Positions 55,175 to 64,000 of a DNA stretch of 64,000 bases are shown in pieces. Below the pieces are notes generated by a model that had not been told where the DNA came from, did not search any database, and saw only the letters and a program-made list of their open reading frames with translations. This stretch comes from Alphaproteobacteria bacterium (GTDB lineage: Bacteria > Pseudomonadota > Alphaproteobacteria > SHVV01). A program made the translations under genes and the position numbers. Location: positions 3,424,001 through 3,488,000 of the forward strand of contig OZ253470.1 in the NCBI GenBank assembly GCA_965261735.1, given 5' to 3'. Position 1 is the first letter of the stretch; each line of letters begins with the position of its first letter.

Positions 55175-55314
55175 GACGATATCTTCCATATGAAGGGTTG
55201 GACCGTTCGTGCCTGCGGGCGGCGCAGAGGCGCAAATCTCCGGAAGCGCGCGTAGCGGGCGGAGCCAAGGGTTGGCACGCCCCCGTGCCGGATGCCGGGC
55301 GGGAGAGTGCGGGT

Positions 55315-58300
55315 TTACGCCGGGTTCGCATCCGCGAGCGGCCAGCGATCGAGGATGCGGCCGAGGTCGATGTATTGGGGCACGAACACACGGGTCCGCC
55401 ACGAGACGATCTCGGTGGCGCAGCCCATGCGCTTGAGCGCCGCGAGGTCGCCGTCGTCCGGCCCCTCGATCTCGACGCGCGCGGCGCCCATCAGGCGCCG
55501 CCTTGCGAGTCGCCAGCCATTGGCGAGATCGAAGGACGCACCGCGGGTCAGGATCGCCTCGTGCATCTCGGCCGAACTCATGACCGGTCCGCCGGCCAGT
55601 CCGAAAGCGTCGCGGAATGCGTGCGCCTGCTCGGGCGTCAGAACCCGGCCGAGCAGGCTTTCCCCGGCGTCGGTTGCAAGCCGGCGCACCCGCATGTTCT
55701 CGCCCGGCAGCCGGTCCCAGATGGGGAGCAGCAGGCCGGTGACCAGCCACAGGCGGGATTCGGTGTGGCTGGGCAGCCCCTCGATTTCCGCATCCCACAA
55801 CACGCGCCAGCGATCTTCGCCGGAATCCTCCCAGTTCGAGGCGGTAAGTTCCTCCGCGGCCATGGGCTCGCGGGCGGCGGGACGGACCAGGCGGACCCGG
55901 GCCTCGACCCCGCCGTCCTCGAACATCCGCGACGGCGCTGGCAGAACGACGGCGGCGCGCTTCGAGCGGGTGTTGATGACGGGACGCCCGTCGCGCAAGG
56001 CGAGGGCATCGCCGGCCGTCAGTGGCACGAGCCGGTCGCGGCGGACGATCTCGACAAGCTCGGTGGCGGCGCCCGAGGTTTCATGAACGTGAACCGTCTC
56101 GCGCGAGGCCACATCAAGCGAGTCGGCGCGGATGGTCTCGACGCCCTGCTCGTGGGTCCCGGCCTCGATGGCCTGTTCGATGTTGGCCTCGATGCGGGTT
56201 TCCAGCTCGGCGAACAACTCGTTCTGCTCGGCGATGGGCAGGGCCAGCAGCCGGTTGAGGAACCGGGGCATCGGCGGCAGGTCTTCCTTGAGCGAGCCTT
56301 CCCAGATCAGCTTCAGCCCGGTGGCGTCCTCGAAGCGGTCCATGGACCAGCCCGCAATGTTGCCGCGCCACAGCGCGATGTAGAACTGGCGCAGCGCCAC
56401 CTTGGCGTAGGGGCTTTCCAGATTGTCGCTGGCCCGGAACAGGGTGGCGTCGCCGCCGCCCATGGCGGTCTGGCTGTCCCGCTGTCCCCGGGTGATGGCG
56501 CCGAGGCTGTCGAGACGCCGGGCAATGGTGGCGATAAACCGCCGCTCGCCCTTCACATCCGTGGTGACGGGGCGGAACAGGGGGGCCGAGGCCTGGTGCG
56601 TTCGATGGGTGCGGCCCAGCCCCTGGATTGCCTGGTCGGCCCGCCAACCTGGTTCCAGCAAGTAATGGATACGACGCGCGGTATTTCCGCAGCCGAGATC
56701 GGCGTGATAGCTGCGCCCGGTGCCGCCGGCCATGGAAAAGACGAGGATGCGTTTATCGCCCGCCATGAAGGCGGCGGTCTCGGCGAGGTTGGCCGAGGCC
56801 GGGCGGTTGCGCAGCGCCAGGCGCTCGCCGGATGAATCGGCGATCCGCAAGACCCGGCGCGAGCGGCCGGTGACTTCGGCGACGGCCTCGTCGCCGAAGC
56901 GGTGCAGGATCTGGTCGAGCGCCGCCTGCACCGGCGGCAATGCCGCGAGTTTCTCGATCAGAGAGTCGCGGGCAGCGACTGCTTCCTGGCACAAGACCGG
57001 GTTGCCCTCGGCGTCGGTCACGGGCCGGCTCATGAGATTGCCCTCGTCGTCGGTGAAGGGTTCCTGCAATTGCACCGGGAAGGCGTGGGCCAGATATTCG
57101 AGGCACGCCTCCCTCGGCGTCAGGTCGACGGAGATGTCGTCCCATTCCGAGACGGGGATATCGGCGATGCGCCGGTCGAGCAGGGCCTCGCCGGTGGAGA
57201 CCAGCTGGATGACGCAGGCATGACCTGCCTCAAGATCGCTCTCCACGGACCGGATCAGCGAGGGGCATTTCATGGCGGTCAGGAGATGGCCGAAGAAGCG
57301 TTGCTTGGCCCCCTCGAAAGCCGACAGAGCGGCGGCTTTGGCGTTCTTGTTGAGGATCGCATCGCCCTCCATGATGCCGGTGGCTTTCAGGGCGTCTTCT
57401 ATATTGCGGTGGATCACCTTGAAGGCCCCGGCATAGGCGTCGTAGATGCGCCGCTGCTCGGGCGTGAGCGGATGTTCGAGGAGCTCGACCTCGACCCCGT
57501 CATAGCTGAGCGCACGGGCCTGGTAGAGGCCGAGGGCCTTCAGATCGCGGGCCACCACCTCCATCGCCGCGACCCCGCCGGCCTCCATGGCGGTGACGAA
57601 ATCGGTGCGTTGCTCGAACGGCGTCTCGCCGCCTGAATCAGCGCCGCCCCAGAGCCCGAGGCGCCGCGCATAGGCCAGGCCGGGCACGGTAGTAGCGCCG
57701 GTGGCGGAGACATAGAGGATACGGGCATCGGGCAAGGCGTTCTGCAAACGCAATCCGGCGCGTCCCTGCTGCGAGGGGGCCGTATCGCCGCGCGATCCCT
57801 TGGCCCCGGCGGCGTTGGCCATGGCGTGGGCCTCATCGAAGACGATGACGCCGTCAAAGGCGTGGCGGGAGTCCTCGTGCATGCCATCGGCGAGCCAGCC
57901 GACGATCTGTTCGAGGCGCGAGGACTTTCCCTGGCGGGCGGGCGAGCGCAAGGTTGCATAGGTGGCGAACAGGATTCCGGCCTCTTGAGGAATATCGACC
58001 CCTTGGCGGAACTTGCCCAACGGGATGATGTCGGCTTCGCTGCCGCCGACCGCGGCCCAGTCGCGGCGGGCGTCCTCAAGAAGCTTGTCGGAGGCGGACA
58101 GCCACAGCGCCCGGCGGCGGCCGCGCAGCCAGTGGTCGAGAATGATGGCGGCGACCTGGCGGCCCTTGCCGCAGCCGGTGCCGTCGCCCAGCATCCAGCC
58201 GCGCCGGAAACGCACTGGCGCGGACAGGGCTTCGCCATCGCCGGCGGCATCGCCATCAGTGTCGTGATCCGAGTGCATTGTCTCGTCGTTATTGCCGTCA

Positions 58301-59901
58301 TCGCTGTTGTCATCTTCATTGTCGGCGACCCGCGCGACGGTCTCCCAGCCCTCGCCGATGCGGTAGAGCGCGGAAAGATGGCGATCATGGGCCTGACCGG
58401 CGAGGATGACGCTTTCGAGCTGGGCGTCGGACAGCAGCCTGTCCGTCACGACACGCAGGGGCAGCATCGGGCGGTAGGCCGGCACGGGATGGGGCACCGC
58501 CGCCATGGCGGCGGATTGCACCAGGGGTGTTGGATGTTCGCACGCGCCGGGAATGCGCGCGGTCCGGGGACACCAGGGCTCGTAGACGCCGGCATGGGTG
58601 GCCTCCGGTTCGCTTACCTTGCCCTCAGGGTTGGCGGGTGAAGTTTCGTAGTCGAGTTCGGCCACCGGCCCCCAATCGCGGACTTTCGGGTCTGCGGGTC
58701 TGGTGTTGGGCGCGGTGGCCGCTGCCCGCTTACGCGGGGCCGGCCGTGCGGCGGCATGGCCGAACAGATCGCCGGCCGGAACAAGTGCAGCGGATATTGG
58801 CACGACCGCCTGTCGCTGCGGCACATTGGCGGCGATAGCTGCAAGCAACCCGGCGGCGGTGGGGACGGATTCCCGCGCGTCGACCGGAACGCCCTGGGCA
58901 TTGGCGGGATCGCGGTCGATTACGGTCAGCCGGGTATCGAAGGTCGTGCCGCGCCGTGCGTAGGCGCGCCCGTCGATGGCGATGGAAAAGACGGTGCGCG
59001 GCGGTGGATCGAGGCGCTCGAAGGCGCGGCTCCAGGCGGCATCGCCCGGGATGCAGCCGGCCGACGTGATCGCCACCAGCCGCCCGCCCGCCGGGAGCAT
59101 GGAGAAGGCGGAACGGATGTGGCGCAAATCCGCGTCATGACGGGTGCGCTGAACCCCGGGGCTTGCCGAGAACGGCGGGTTCATCAACACGACGGTGGGA
59201 TGCAGGCCGGGCAGATAGTCGCCGATGGCCTCGGCGTTGTGGCGGGTGACCGGCGCGTGCGCGAACAGGCCTGAGAGTAACCCGGCGCGAACGGCGGCAA
59301 TCTCGTTCAGGTGCAGGGGATCCCCCGATCGCGCGTCATCGGTGCGCTTGCCGAGGGCGCATTCGGCCATGACGGCGAGCATGCCGGTGCCGGCCGAGGG
59401 CTCCAGCACGATGTCGCCGGGCCGGATGGCGGCGGCTTGCAGCGCGGCGTAGGCGAGCGGCAAGGGAGTGGAGAACTGCTGCAGTGCAAGCTGTTCCTCC
59501 GACCGCCTTGTTTGGGACGGCTCCAGCGCCGCCAGGGTCTCCAGCATGGCGAGCATGGCGGCGGCCGATCCCGGTCCGGCGCCGGCCTCGCGGCGCATGA
59601 GGCGGCCGTAACGCTGGACGAACAGCACCATTGCGGCCTCGGCCGCTTCGTAGGCGTCCTTCCAGAACCAGGCGCCTTGCGTGTCGCTGGCGCCGAAGGC
59701 CGCGCTCATGGTCTCGCGCAGGGTCTTTGCATCGAGCGCCCGGCCCGCCTCCAGGCTGGGAAGCAGAGCGGTTGCGGCGGCCAGCAACGCGGCAGGCTTC
59801 GGGCGGACGCCCGGGGTATCGGCAATAGCTGGGGATGCGGGAAGGGGCTGGACGGTGGGCGGACGCGCGGGCGCGTTCGCCGCCGGTTGGGCGTCGAGCA
59901 T
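55315..59901 (-). CDS. Adenine methyltransferase-like domain fused to a strawberry-notch (SF2) helicase
   Basis: QQFSTP, LEPSAGTG, MNPPF; LSDAQLE, GDGTGCGKGR, FDEAH, SATG, GGTGRSYHAD, QGLGRTHR, FLNRLLAL. Confidence 0.92.
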   Translation of the reverse strand: MLDAQPAANAPARPPTVQPLPASPAIADTPGVRPKPAALLAAATALLPSLEAGRALDAKTLRETMSAAFGASDTQGAWFWKDAYEAAEAAMVLFVQRYGRLMRREAGAGPGSAAAMLAMLETLAALEPSQTRRSEEQLALQQFSTPLPLAYAALQAAAIRPGDIVLEPSAGTGMLAVMAECALGKRTDDARSGDPLHLNEIAAVRAGLLSGLFAHAPVTRHNAEAIGDYLPGLHPTVVLMNPPFSASPGVQRTRHDADLRHIRSAFSMLPAGGRLVAITSAGCIPGDAAWSRAFERLDPPPRTVFSIAIDGRAYARRGTTFDTRLTVIDRDPANAQGVPVDARESVPTAAGLLAAIAANVPQRQAVVPISAALVPAGDLFGHAAARPAPRKRAAATAPNTRPADPKVRDWGPVAELDYETSPANPEGKVSEPEATHAGVYEPWCPRTARIPGACEHPTPLVQSAAMAAVPHPVPAYRPMLPLRVVTDRLLSDAQLESVILAGQAHDRHLSALYRIGEGWETVARVADNEDDNSDDGNNDETMHSDHDTDGDAAGDGEALSAPVRFRRGWMLGDGTGCGKGRQVAAIILDHWLRGRRRALWLSASDKLLEDARRDWAAVGGSEADIIPLGKFRQGVDIPQEAGILFATYATLRSPARQGKSSRLEQIVGWLADGMHEDSRHAFDGVIVFDEAHAMANAAGAKGSRGDTAPSQQGRAGLRLQNALPDARILYVSATGATTVPGLAYARRLGLWGGADSGGETPFEQRTDFVTAMEAGGVAAMEVVARDLKALGLYQARALSYDGVEVELLEHPLTPEQRRIYDAYAGAFKVIHRNIEDALKATGIMEGDAILNKNAKAAALSAFEGAKQRFFGHLLTAMKCPSLIRSVESDLEAGHACVIQLVSTGEALLDRRIADIPVSEWDDISVDLTPREACLEYLAHAFPVQLQEPFTDDEGNLMSRPVTDAEGNPVLCQEAVAARDSLIEKLAALPPVQAALDQILHRFGDEAVAEVTGRSRRVLRIADSSGERLALRNRPASANLAETAAFMAGDKRILVFSMAGGTGRSYHADLGCGNTARRIHYLLEPGWRADQAIQGLGRTHRTHQASAPLFRPVTTDVKGERRFIATIARRLDSLGAITRGQRDSQTAMGGGDATLFRASDNLESPYAKVALRQFYIALWRGNIAGWSMDRFEDATGLKLIWEGSLKEDLPPMPRFLNRLLALPIAEQNELFAELETRIEANIEQAIEAGTHEQGVETIRADSLDVASRETVHVHETSGAATELVEIVRRDRLVPLTAGDALALRDGRPVINTRSKRAAVVLPAPSRMFEDGGVEARVRLVRPAAREPMAAEELTASNWEDSGEDRWRVLWDAEIEGLPSHTESRLWLVTGLLLPIWDRLPGENMRVRRLATDAGESLLGRVLTPEQAHAFRDAFGLAGGPVMSSAEMHEAILTRGASFDLANGWRLARRRLMGAARVEIEGPDDGDLAALKRMGCATEIVSWRTRVFVPQYIDLGRILDRWPLADANPA

Positions 59902-60094
59902 GAATGATCTCCCAATTGGAAAGAGCGGGCCGGAGCCGGAGCCCCGGGGCCTTACGGCTCCGGCGAAGGGCGGGGTGGTGCCGGAAGCCGGTGTCCTCGC
60001 TCTCCCGACCCCGGTTCACCCGGCCTCAGCACAACCCGCCTCCTTGCGGGCGGGGGCACGGAGATGGAGGATTATGCAGGCGCGGCCCGCGGTA

Positions 60095-61435
60095 TCAGGC
60101 TGGTCCGATGTCGATGCGCTCGCCCCAGGGCTCGCGGTATCGATCGTCGTGTGGGGATCCCCAGACGCACCAGGCCACAGGATATAGGGGCGCGGACTCG
60201 GGGAAGCTGTCGCATTCCATGTCGGTCAGGTAGAGGCAGCAGTTTGGATGCACCCCATGCTCATGGAGCCACGCGAAGCCAGGCCGAAAATCGGTTCCGC
60301 CGCGGCCCTTGATCGTGATGCTGTCCGGTAGTTCCCCGGCAGGATACCGGGCCGCGTCCTGCAGCACCGCGTCGACCTGAAGGACGAAGATGCTGTCCGG
60401 TTGCAGTTCGGCGGCGATCTCGCGGACCTCGGCCCAGAACAGGGCCAGCGTCTCGCCCGGCAGCGAGCCGGAGGTGTCGATGATGATGGCGATGGTATCG
60501 ATGCCCTCCGAGTGCATCGAGGGCAGATAGAGGCCGCTGTCGATGAAACGCCGGTTGGGAACGCTCCAGCTATAATCGCGGCGCGCGGCATCGGTCATGT
60601 AGCGGCGCAATAGCGACCGCCAGTCGAGGATGCTCCGGTGCGCTTGGCGGATCGTCTCCTCGACGGCGCCCGGCGCGTTGCCTTGCGCCCGGGCGAGGCT
60701 CGCAGCCTGGTGCATGGCTTCGTCCCACGCCTGCTCCTCAGCGGGCGTGTCCACCGCAGATTCGCCGGACTCGCTGGTGTCGTCGCGGCGTTCGTCCGCG
60801 TCCATGACCTCACCGGTGCCGCAGGGGTCGTGGCTGCCGGACATTTGCCCAGATGGTTCCGAGCCCGCGCTGCCCGGTCCCGGCTTGTCCTGCTCTTGCG
60901 GACTGCCGTCATCGGTTGGATCGGACGGATCGCTTTGGTCTTCGTCGCCGTCACCGCATTGGGGGCCGGCAGCGTTGCCACTGTCATCCACATCGCTGGA
61001 TGAACACGCGCTGCCCGGATCCTCTGCGTCGGTGGACGGTTCCGGGAGCCGGTCGTAGGCCTGCTCGGCGCTGATGCCGTCCCAGGCCTCGGCCTCTGGC
61101 GGCAGTGCGAAGCCCGCGTCCCGCAGCAGTCCGTGGGTGACCAGCTGCGAGGCCCGTTGCCAGCGCTCCGGGTCGCGGCCGCCCCGCCGGGTGTGATGCT
61201 TCAACGCACAGGCCAGGACCACACGCGCCAGCGCGGTCTTGATCTGGTCGGCATCGGTGTCCGCCACCCATTGAGGCGCGTAGCGAATGTCCTTGCCGTC
61301 GCTGGCCAGGGTCTGGCGGGTTGCGTCGGCGCGGATCGGAAGGCGCAATGCCAAGCTGCCGAAGAAGGGCTGGTCGCGCAGCAGCGCGGTCACGCAGTCG
61401 CTGACGCGCCGGGCGGATTCGGAGCGGGCGGCCAT
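60095..61435 (-). CDS. DUF2201 metallopeptidase-like + VWA domain protein
   Basis: PFFGSL, TLASDG, acidic linker, DYSWSVPNRRF, MIDAS IDTSGS, GRGGTDFRP, YLTD; HExxH replaced by RVVLA. Confidence 0.85.
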   Translation of the reverse strand: MAARSESARRVSDCVTALLRDQPFFGSLALRLPIRADATRQTLASDGKDIRYAPQWVADTDADQIKTALARVVLACALKHHTRRGGRDPERWQRASQLVTHGLLRDAGFALPPEAEAWDGISAEQAYDRLPEPSTDAEDPGSACSSSDVDDSGNAAGPQCGDGDEDQSDPSDPTDDGSPQEQDKPGPGSAGSEPSGQMSGSHDPCGTGEVMDADERRDDTSESGESAVDTPAEEQAWDEAMHQAASLARAQGNAPGAVEETIRQAHRSILDWRSLLRRYMTDAARRDYSWSVPNRRFIDSGLYLPSMHSEGIDTIAIIIDTSGSLPGETLALFWAEVREIAAELQPDSIFVLQVDAVLQDAARYPAGELPDSITIKGRGGTDFRPGFAWLHEHGVHPNCCLYLTDMECDSFPESAPLYPVAWCVWGSPHDDRYREPWGERIDIGPA

Positions 61436-62331
61436 CAAGCTGCCTCCCTGTCCGCGGCGACGGGCGCGAAGTAGCCCGAGAATTGCGCCGTGAGCGCATC
61501 GGCGTCGCGCTTGACCTGGCGGCGGAGGTTGGGATCGAAGCGGCCAGACGGGCGCAGGGCATCGGGCTCGATGCCGGCGAACTTGTCCTTCACCTCGCGG
61601 CACAGCATGGCGAGATCGTCGTCGGCGAAGATGTTGAGCCGGGGCACGACGTCCACCAGCTCCCTGATGTTCTCTATCAGGCTGTCGCGGAACACCAGGG
61701 GCTTGCCGTTCTCGTCTTCGCGCAAGCGTTCGCCGACACGCTCGACCGCCTCGCCCAGGCGCCGGTAGAGATCGCGCTGGGCATCGTTGAGACGGGTCCG
61801 GACCTGTTGCTCGATGTCGCGCTTGACCCGCTCAGTCTCGCCCTGGGCCAGGTCGGCCATGAAGTGGCGCGCGTCGGGGACCGGGACGATACGGTAGCAA
61901 ATGGCGAACTTGCCCTGAAGCGCCTCTGTGCCGGGATAGTCCTCCAGGCGGAACAGACGGCCGAGGTCGAGGCGGGCCTGGTCGACGTAATCGTCATAGT
62001 CCTCGATGAAACGGGCGCGCTCGCGCACCACGCGCTCGACCAATGTGTCCAGAGCGGCGGTGTAGCGGTCGTAATTGGCGACGGTGAGCAGGCGGCCGCC
62101 CTGGTCGTCCCAGGGCAAGGTGTTGGCATAGTGACTGGTCCTCGCATTGCTCATGGTCGCGGCCAGCGCGGCGAAGGCCTGCTTGGGCAGGAGCCGTTTG
62201 TTGTAGCGCCCGGCGTTGGTGTCGGCGTCGTTATGGACAGCGACCTGTTGGCTCGCCTGGCGGTCGTAGAGCCTGCCGGACCAGGAGTTGATCCGCAGGC
62301 TGACGAGCATGGCGTCATGGGTGAGATTCAT
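61435..62331 (-). CDS. Conserved hypothetical protein between the AAA and VWA genes (DUF3150-like)
   Basis: MLVSLRINSWSG, GRYNKRLLP, TLPWDDQGGRLL, FRDSL, LNIFADDDL; TGATG coupling. Confidence 0.75.
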   Translation of the reverse strand: MNLTHDAMLVSLRINSWSGRLYDRQASQQVAVHNDADTNAGRYNKRLLPKQAFAALAATMSNARTSHYANTLPWDDQGGRLLTVANYDRYTAALDTLVERVVRERARFIEDYDDYVDQARLDLGRLFRLEDYPGTEALQGKFAICYRIVPVPDARHFMADLAQGETERVKRDIEQQVRTRLNDAQRDLYRRLGEAVERVGERLREDENGKPLVFRDSLIENIRELVDVVPRLNIFADDDLAMLCREVKDKFAGIEPDALRPSGRFDPNLRRQVKRDADALTAQFSGYFAPVAADREAA

Positions 62332-62353
62332 GGGTTGGTCTCCCGGGGAGGTG

Positions 62354-63379
62354 TCAGCGGGTTTTGGCGGCGGCCCACTGGATGAAGGCCTGGGTGTGCT
62401 GGAGCGCGGGCTCGCGGCGGATGCAGGAGCCGACGAGGAACTCGCCGACCTCGCGCCGGAGCCTTGTGGCGTAGGTGACGATGGCGCCGAGATTGATGTC
62501 GTCGGCCATCCTGTAGAGCGAGCCGCAGAGCGCGATCAGCGCGCTGGCGTTGTCGGGGACCACGGCGCCCTCGGGATCGTCGATGACGGTGCGGGGATGG
62601 GGCAGTTCGTGCCAGACTTGCAAGAAAGCCGAGAACTCGACCGCCGCGGCCTCACCGACGGTGCCCCGGTACAGAGCGCGCTCGGAAACCGGATCGAGGC
62701 CACCCCGGCGGTGCACGATGTTCGAGACCATTTCCCAGGTCCTCGGACACGGGAAAGCTTTCTCCGTCGATTGGGGGTTGAAGGCGTGCAACAGCTCGGG
62801 GCGCATCGACACGAAGAAAAGCACCTCCGGAGCGATTCCATTCCCCGCACCCCAGGCGCACCAGTCCGCCGCATCGACCCGGATTTCCAGATGGACGAAG
62901 CGCGAGGCGAGCGGCGTCGGCATGCGGTGGACGACGCCGCGGTCGCCCTCGCGGTTGCCGCAGGCGATCAGCGCGGCGCCCTCGGGGAGTTCGTACTCGC
63001 CGCATTTGCGGTCGAGCACGAGCTGATACAGGGCGGCTTGCACCATCGGCAGGGCCGAGGGCAGTTCCTCCAGATTGATCAGCCAGCTTCCGTCCGCGTC
63101 CGAGGGCGGCAGGAAAGCGGGCGGCGCCCAGCGCGTGCGGTCGGCGCCGTCGCGCCACGGGATGCCGCGCAGATCGACCGGATCCAACAGCAGGGCGCGG
63201 ACGTCGACATACTCACGGCCGGCTTGCGCCGCGACCTGTTGGGCGATCTGACTCTTGGCGCACCCTGGCGCTCCCCAAACAACCACCGGTTGCCGAGCCT
63301 CGACCAGCAGCGCCAATGTGCTGGCGAGTTCGCTCGGTCGCAGTGAGTAGTCGGCGGAGATGGTATCGGGCTCGGTCAT
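62354..63379 (-). CDS. MoxR-like AAA+ ATPase
   Basis: Walker A WGAPGCAKS, DPVDLRGIP, LEEL, YQLVLDR, ACGNR, PLASRF, FPCPRTWE. Confidence 0.88.
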   Translation of the reverse strand: MTEPDTISADYSLRPSELASTLALLVEARQPVVVWGAPGCAKSQIAQQVAAQAGREYVDVRALLLDPVDLRGIPWRDGADRTRWAPPAFLPPSDADGSWLINLEELPSALPMVQAALYQLVLDRKCGEYELPEGAALIACGNREGDRGVVHRMPTPLASRFVHLEIRVDAADWCAWGAGNGIAPEVLFFVSMRPELLHAFNPQSTEKAFPCPRTWEMVSNIVHRRGGLDPVSERALYRGTVGEAAAVEFSAFLQVWHELPHPRTVIDDPEGAVVPDNASALIALCGSLYRMADDINLGAIVTYATRLRREVGEFLVGSCIRREPALQHTQAFIQWAAAKTR

Positions 63380-63556
63380 GGCATGCTCCAGGCTGTCACG
63401 TGGAATGGATGAGTTGCGGCGCGGGCGGCCCCTCGGGCGCCCCCGTCCCTTTGCCCCGCCTCCGGCTTCGACACCGGCTCTCGCCGGCCCGTGGCTTGGC
63501 ACATGTCCGGGCAGGGTTCGTGGAGCGCGGCCGGGAAGCGATCGCGGTGCCGCCGT

Positions 63557-64000
63557 TCAGGGTAGCCGGCGGTGGAACGCCGTTCTGCCGCTTACGGTTC
63601 CCGTCCGTCGCGGCCGGTTCGCCGGCTTTGCCGAACCTGCGGCGTCCGCGGGCTTGCCGGCGAGGACGCGGGCAGCGGCTTCAAGTTCGGGTCCCGATTC
63701 GACGATACGTCCGGCGGCACGCGCGGCCTCGGCGTAAATGGACAGGGGAAAAGCGGCGGTAAAATGAATATCGCGCTCGATGCCGAGCCCGAAGGGCCCC
63801 CGGTATTCGGTTAATTCGAGTAGACCTATTGACCCCAATTCGGGTGTGCCGAAGCCCAAATCAGCCAGGCCGAATCCACACTCGTCAGGGTATTCGGGAT
63901 CGAGCTCCGACAGCAGCCAGGTGCCCGCGCCGCATGGGTTGAACAGTTTGACCACGGGCTTATGGTCGGCCCCCCTTCGGGTCCCATTTGCTAGCAGCTT
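63557..64000 (-). CDS. DUF2958 protein (5' end beyond the window)
   Basis: PVVKLFNPCGAGTWLLSELDP, FGLADLGFGTPELG, GIERDIHF. Confidence 0.85.
   Translation of the reverse strand, partial: KLLANGTRRGADHKPVVKLFNPCGAGTWLLSELDPEYPDECGFGLADLGFGTPELGSIGLLELTEYRGPFGLGIERDIHFTAAFPLSIYAEAARAAGRIVESGPELEAAARVLAGKPADAAGSAKPANRPRRTGTVSGRTAFHRRLP

Noticed and set aside
63245-63285. Walker A variant GCAKS as an inactive ATPase
   Set aside because: GxAKS is a normal variant in MoxR/RavA-type ATPases
138-63955. Hundreds of long antisense or alternate-frame ORFs
   Set aside because: Expected in very GC-rich DNA; they overlap recognisable genes and lack motifs

Overview
This is an interior segment of a high-GC conjugative element (ICE or plasmid), probably alphaproteobacterial. 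No integrase, att site, rep gene, RNA gene or CRISPR array is visible. (1) 230-1685: a lambda-like switch, with an HTH-S24 repressor divergent from a Cro-Cro-excisionase fusion. (2) ~1789-34561: one co-directional, tightly coupled transfer cluster. It joins an IncI1/R64-type type IVb pilus (pilN,O,P,Q,R,S, two pilV, and a prepilin peptidase fused to a TcpQ-like domain) to a reduced Dot/Icm (MPF_I, type IVB) T4SS (dotD,C,B, icmT,L,K,E,C,D,B, traW-like, dotA), and ends in a VirD4-type coupling protein. (3) ~34.6-45.7 kb: decayed cargo with S8 peptidase, IS5, IS1380, IS21-end, DsbA and DUF6499 remnants, three LuxR-PAS copies with a palindromic box, a cytochrome P450, Calx-beta surface proteins, and a duplicated relaxase tail. 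(4) 45698-50655: MOBF relaxase-helicase, candidate oriT and a small divergent gene. (5) 50.7-64 kb: a leading region with hairpin-rich spacers, DUF2493, toprim, ssb, small ORFs, an MTase-strawberry-notch helicase, an AAA/VWA trio and DUF2958. The best candidate for an undescribed system is the pilus. All its pilins lack Glu5, the twin PilV proteins end in CxxC, and it comes with a Cys-rich CFI-box-CTERM protein, a peptidase-TcpQ fusion and a monothiol DsbG. It sits in a hybrid MPF_I + VirD4 + MOBF machine. All family assignments come from recognising motifs by eye, not from database searches.
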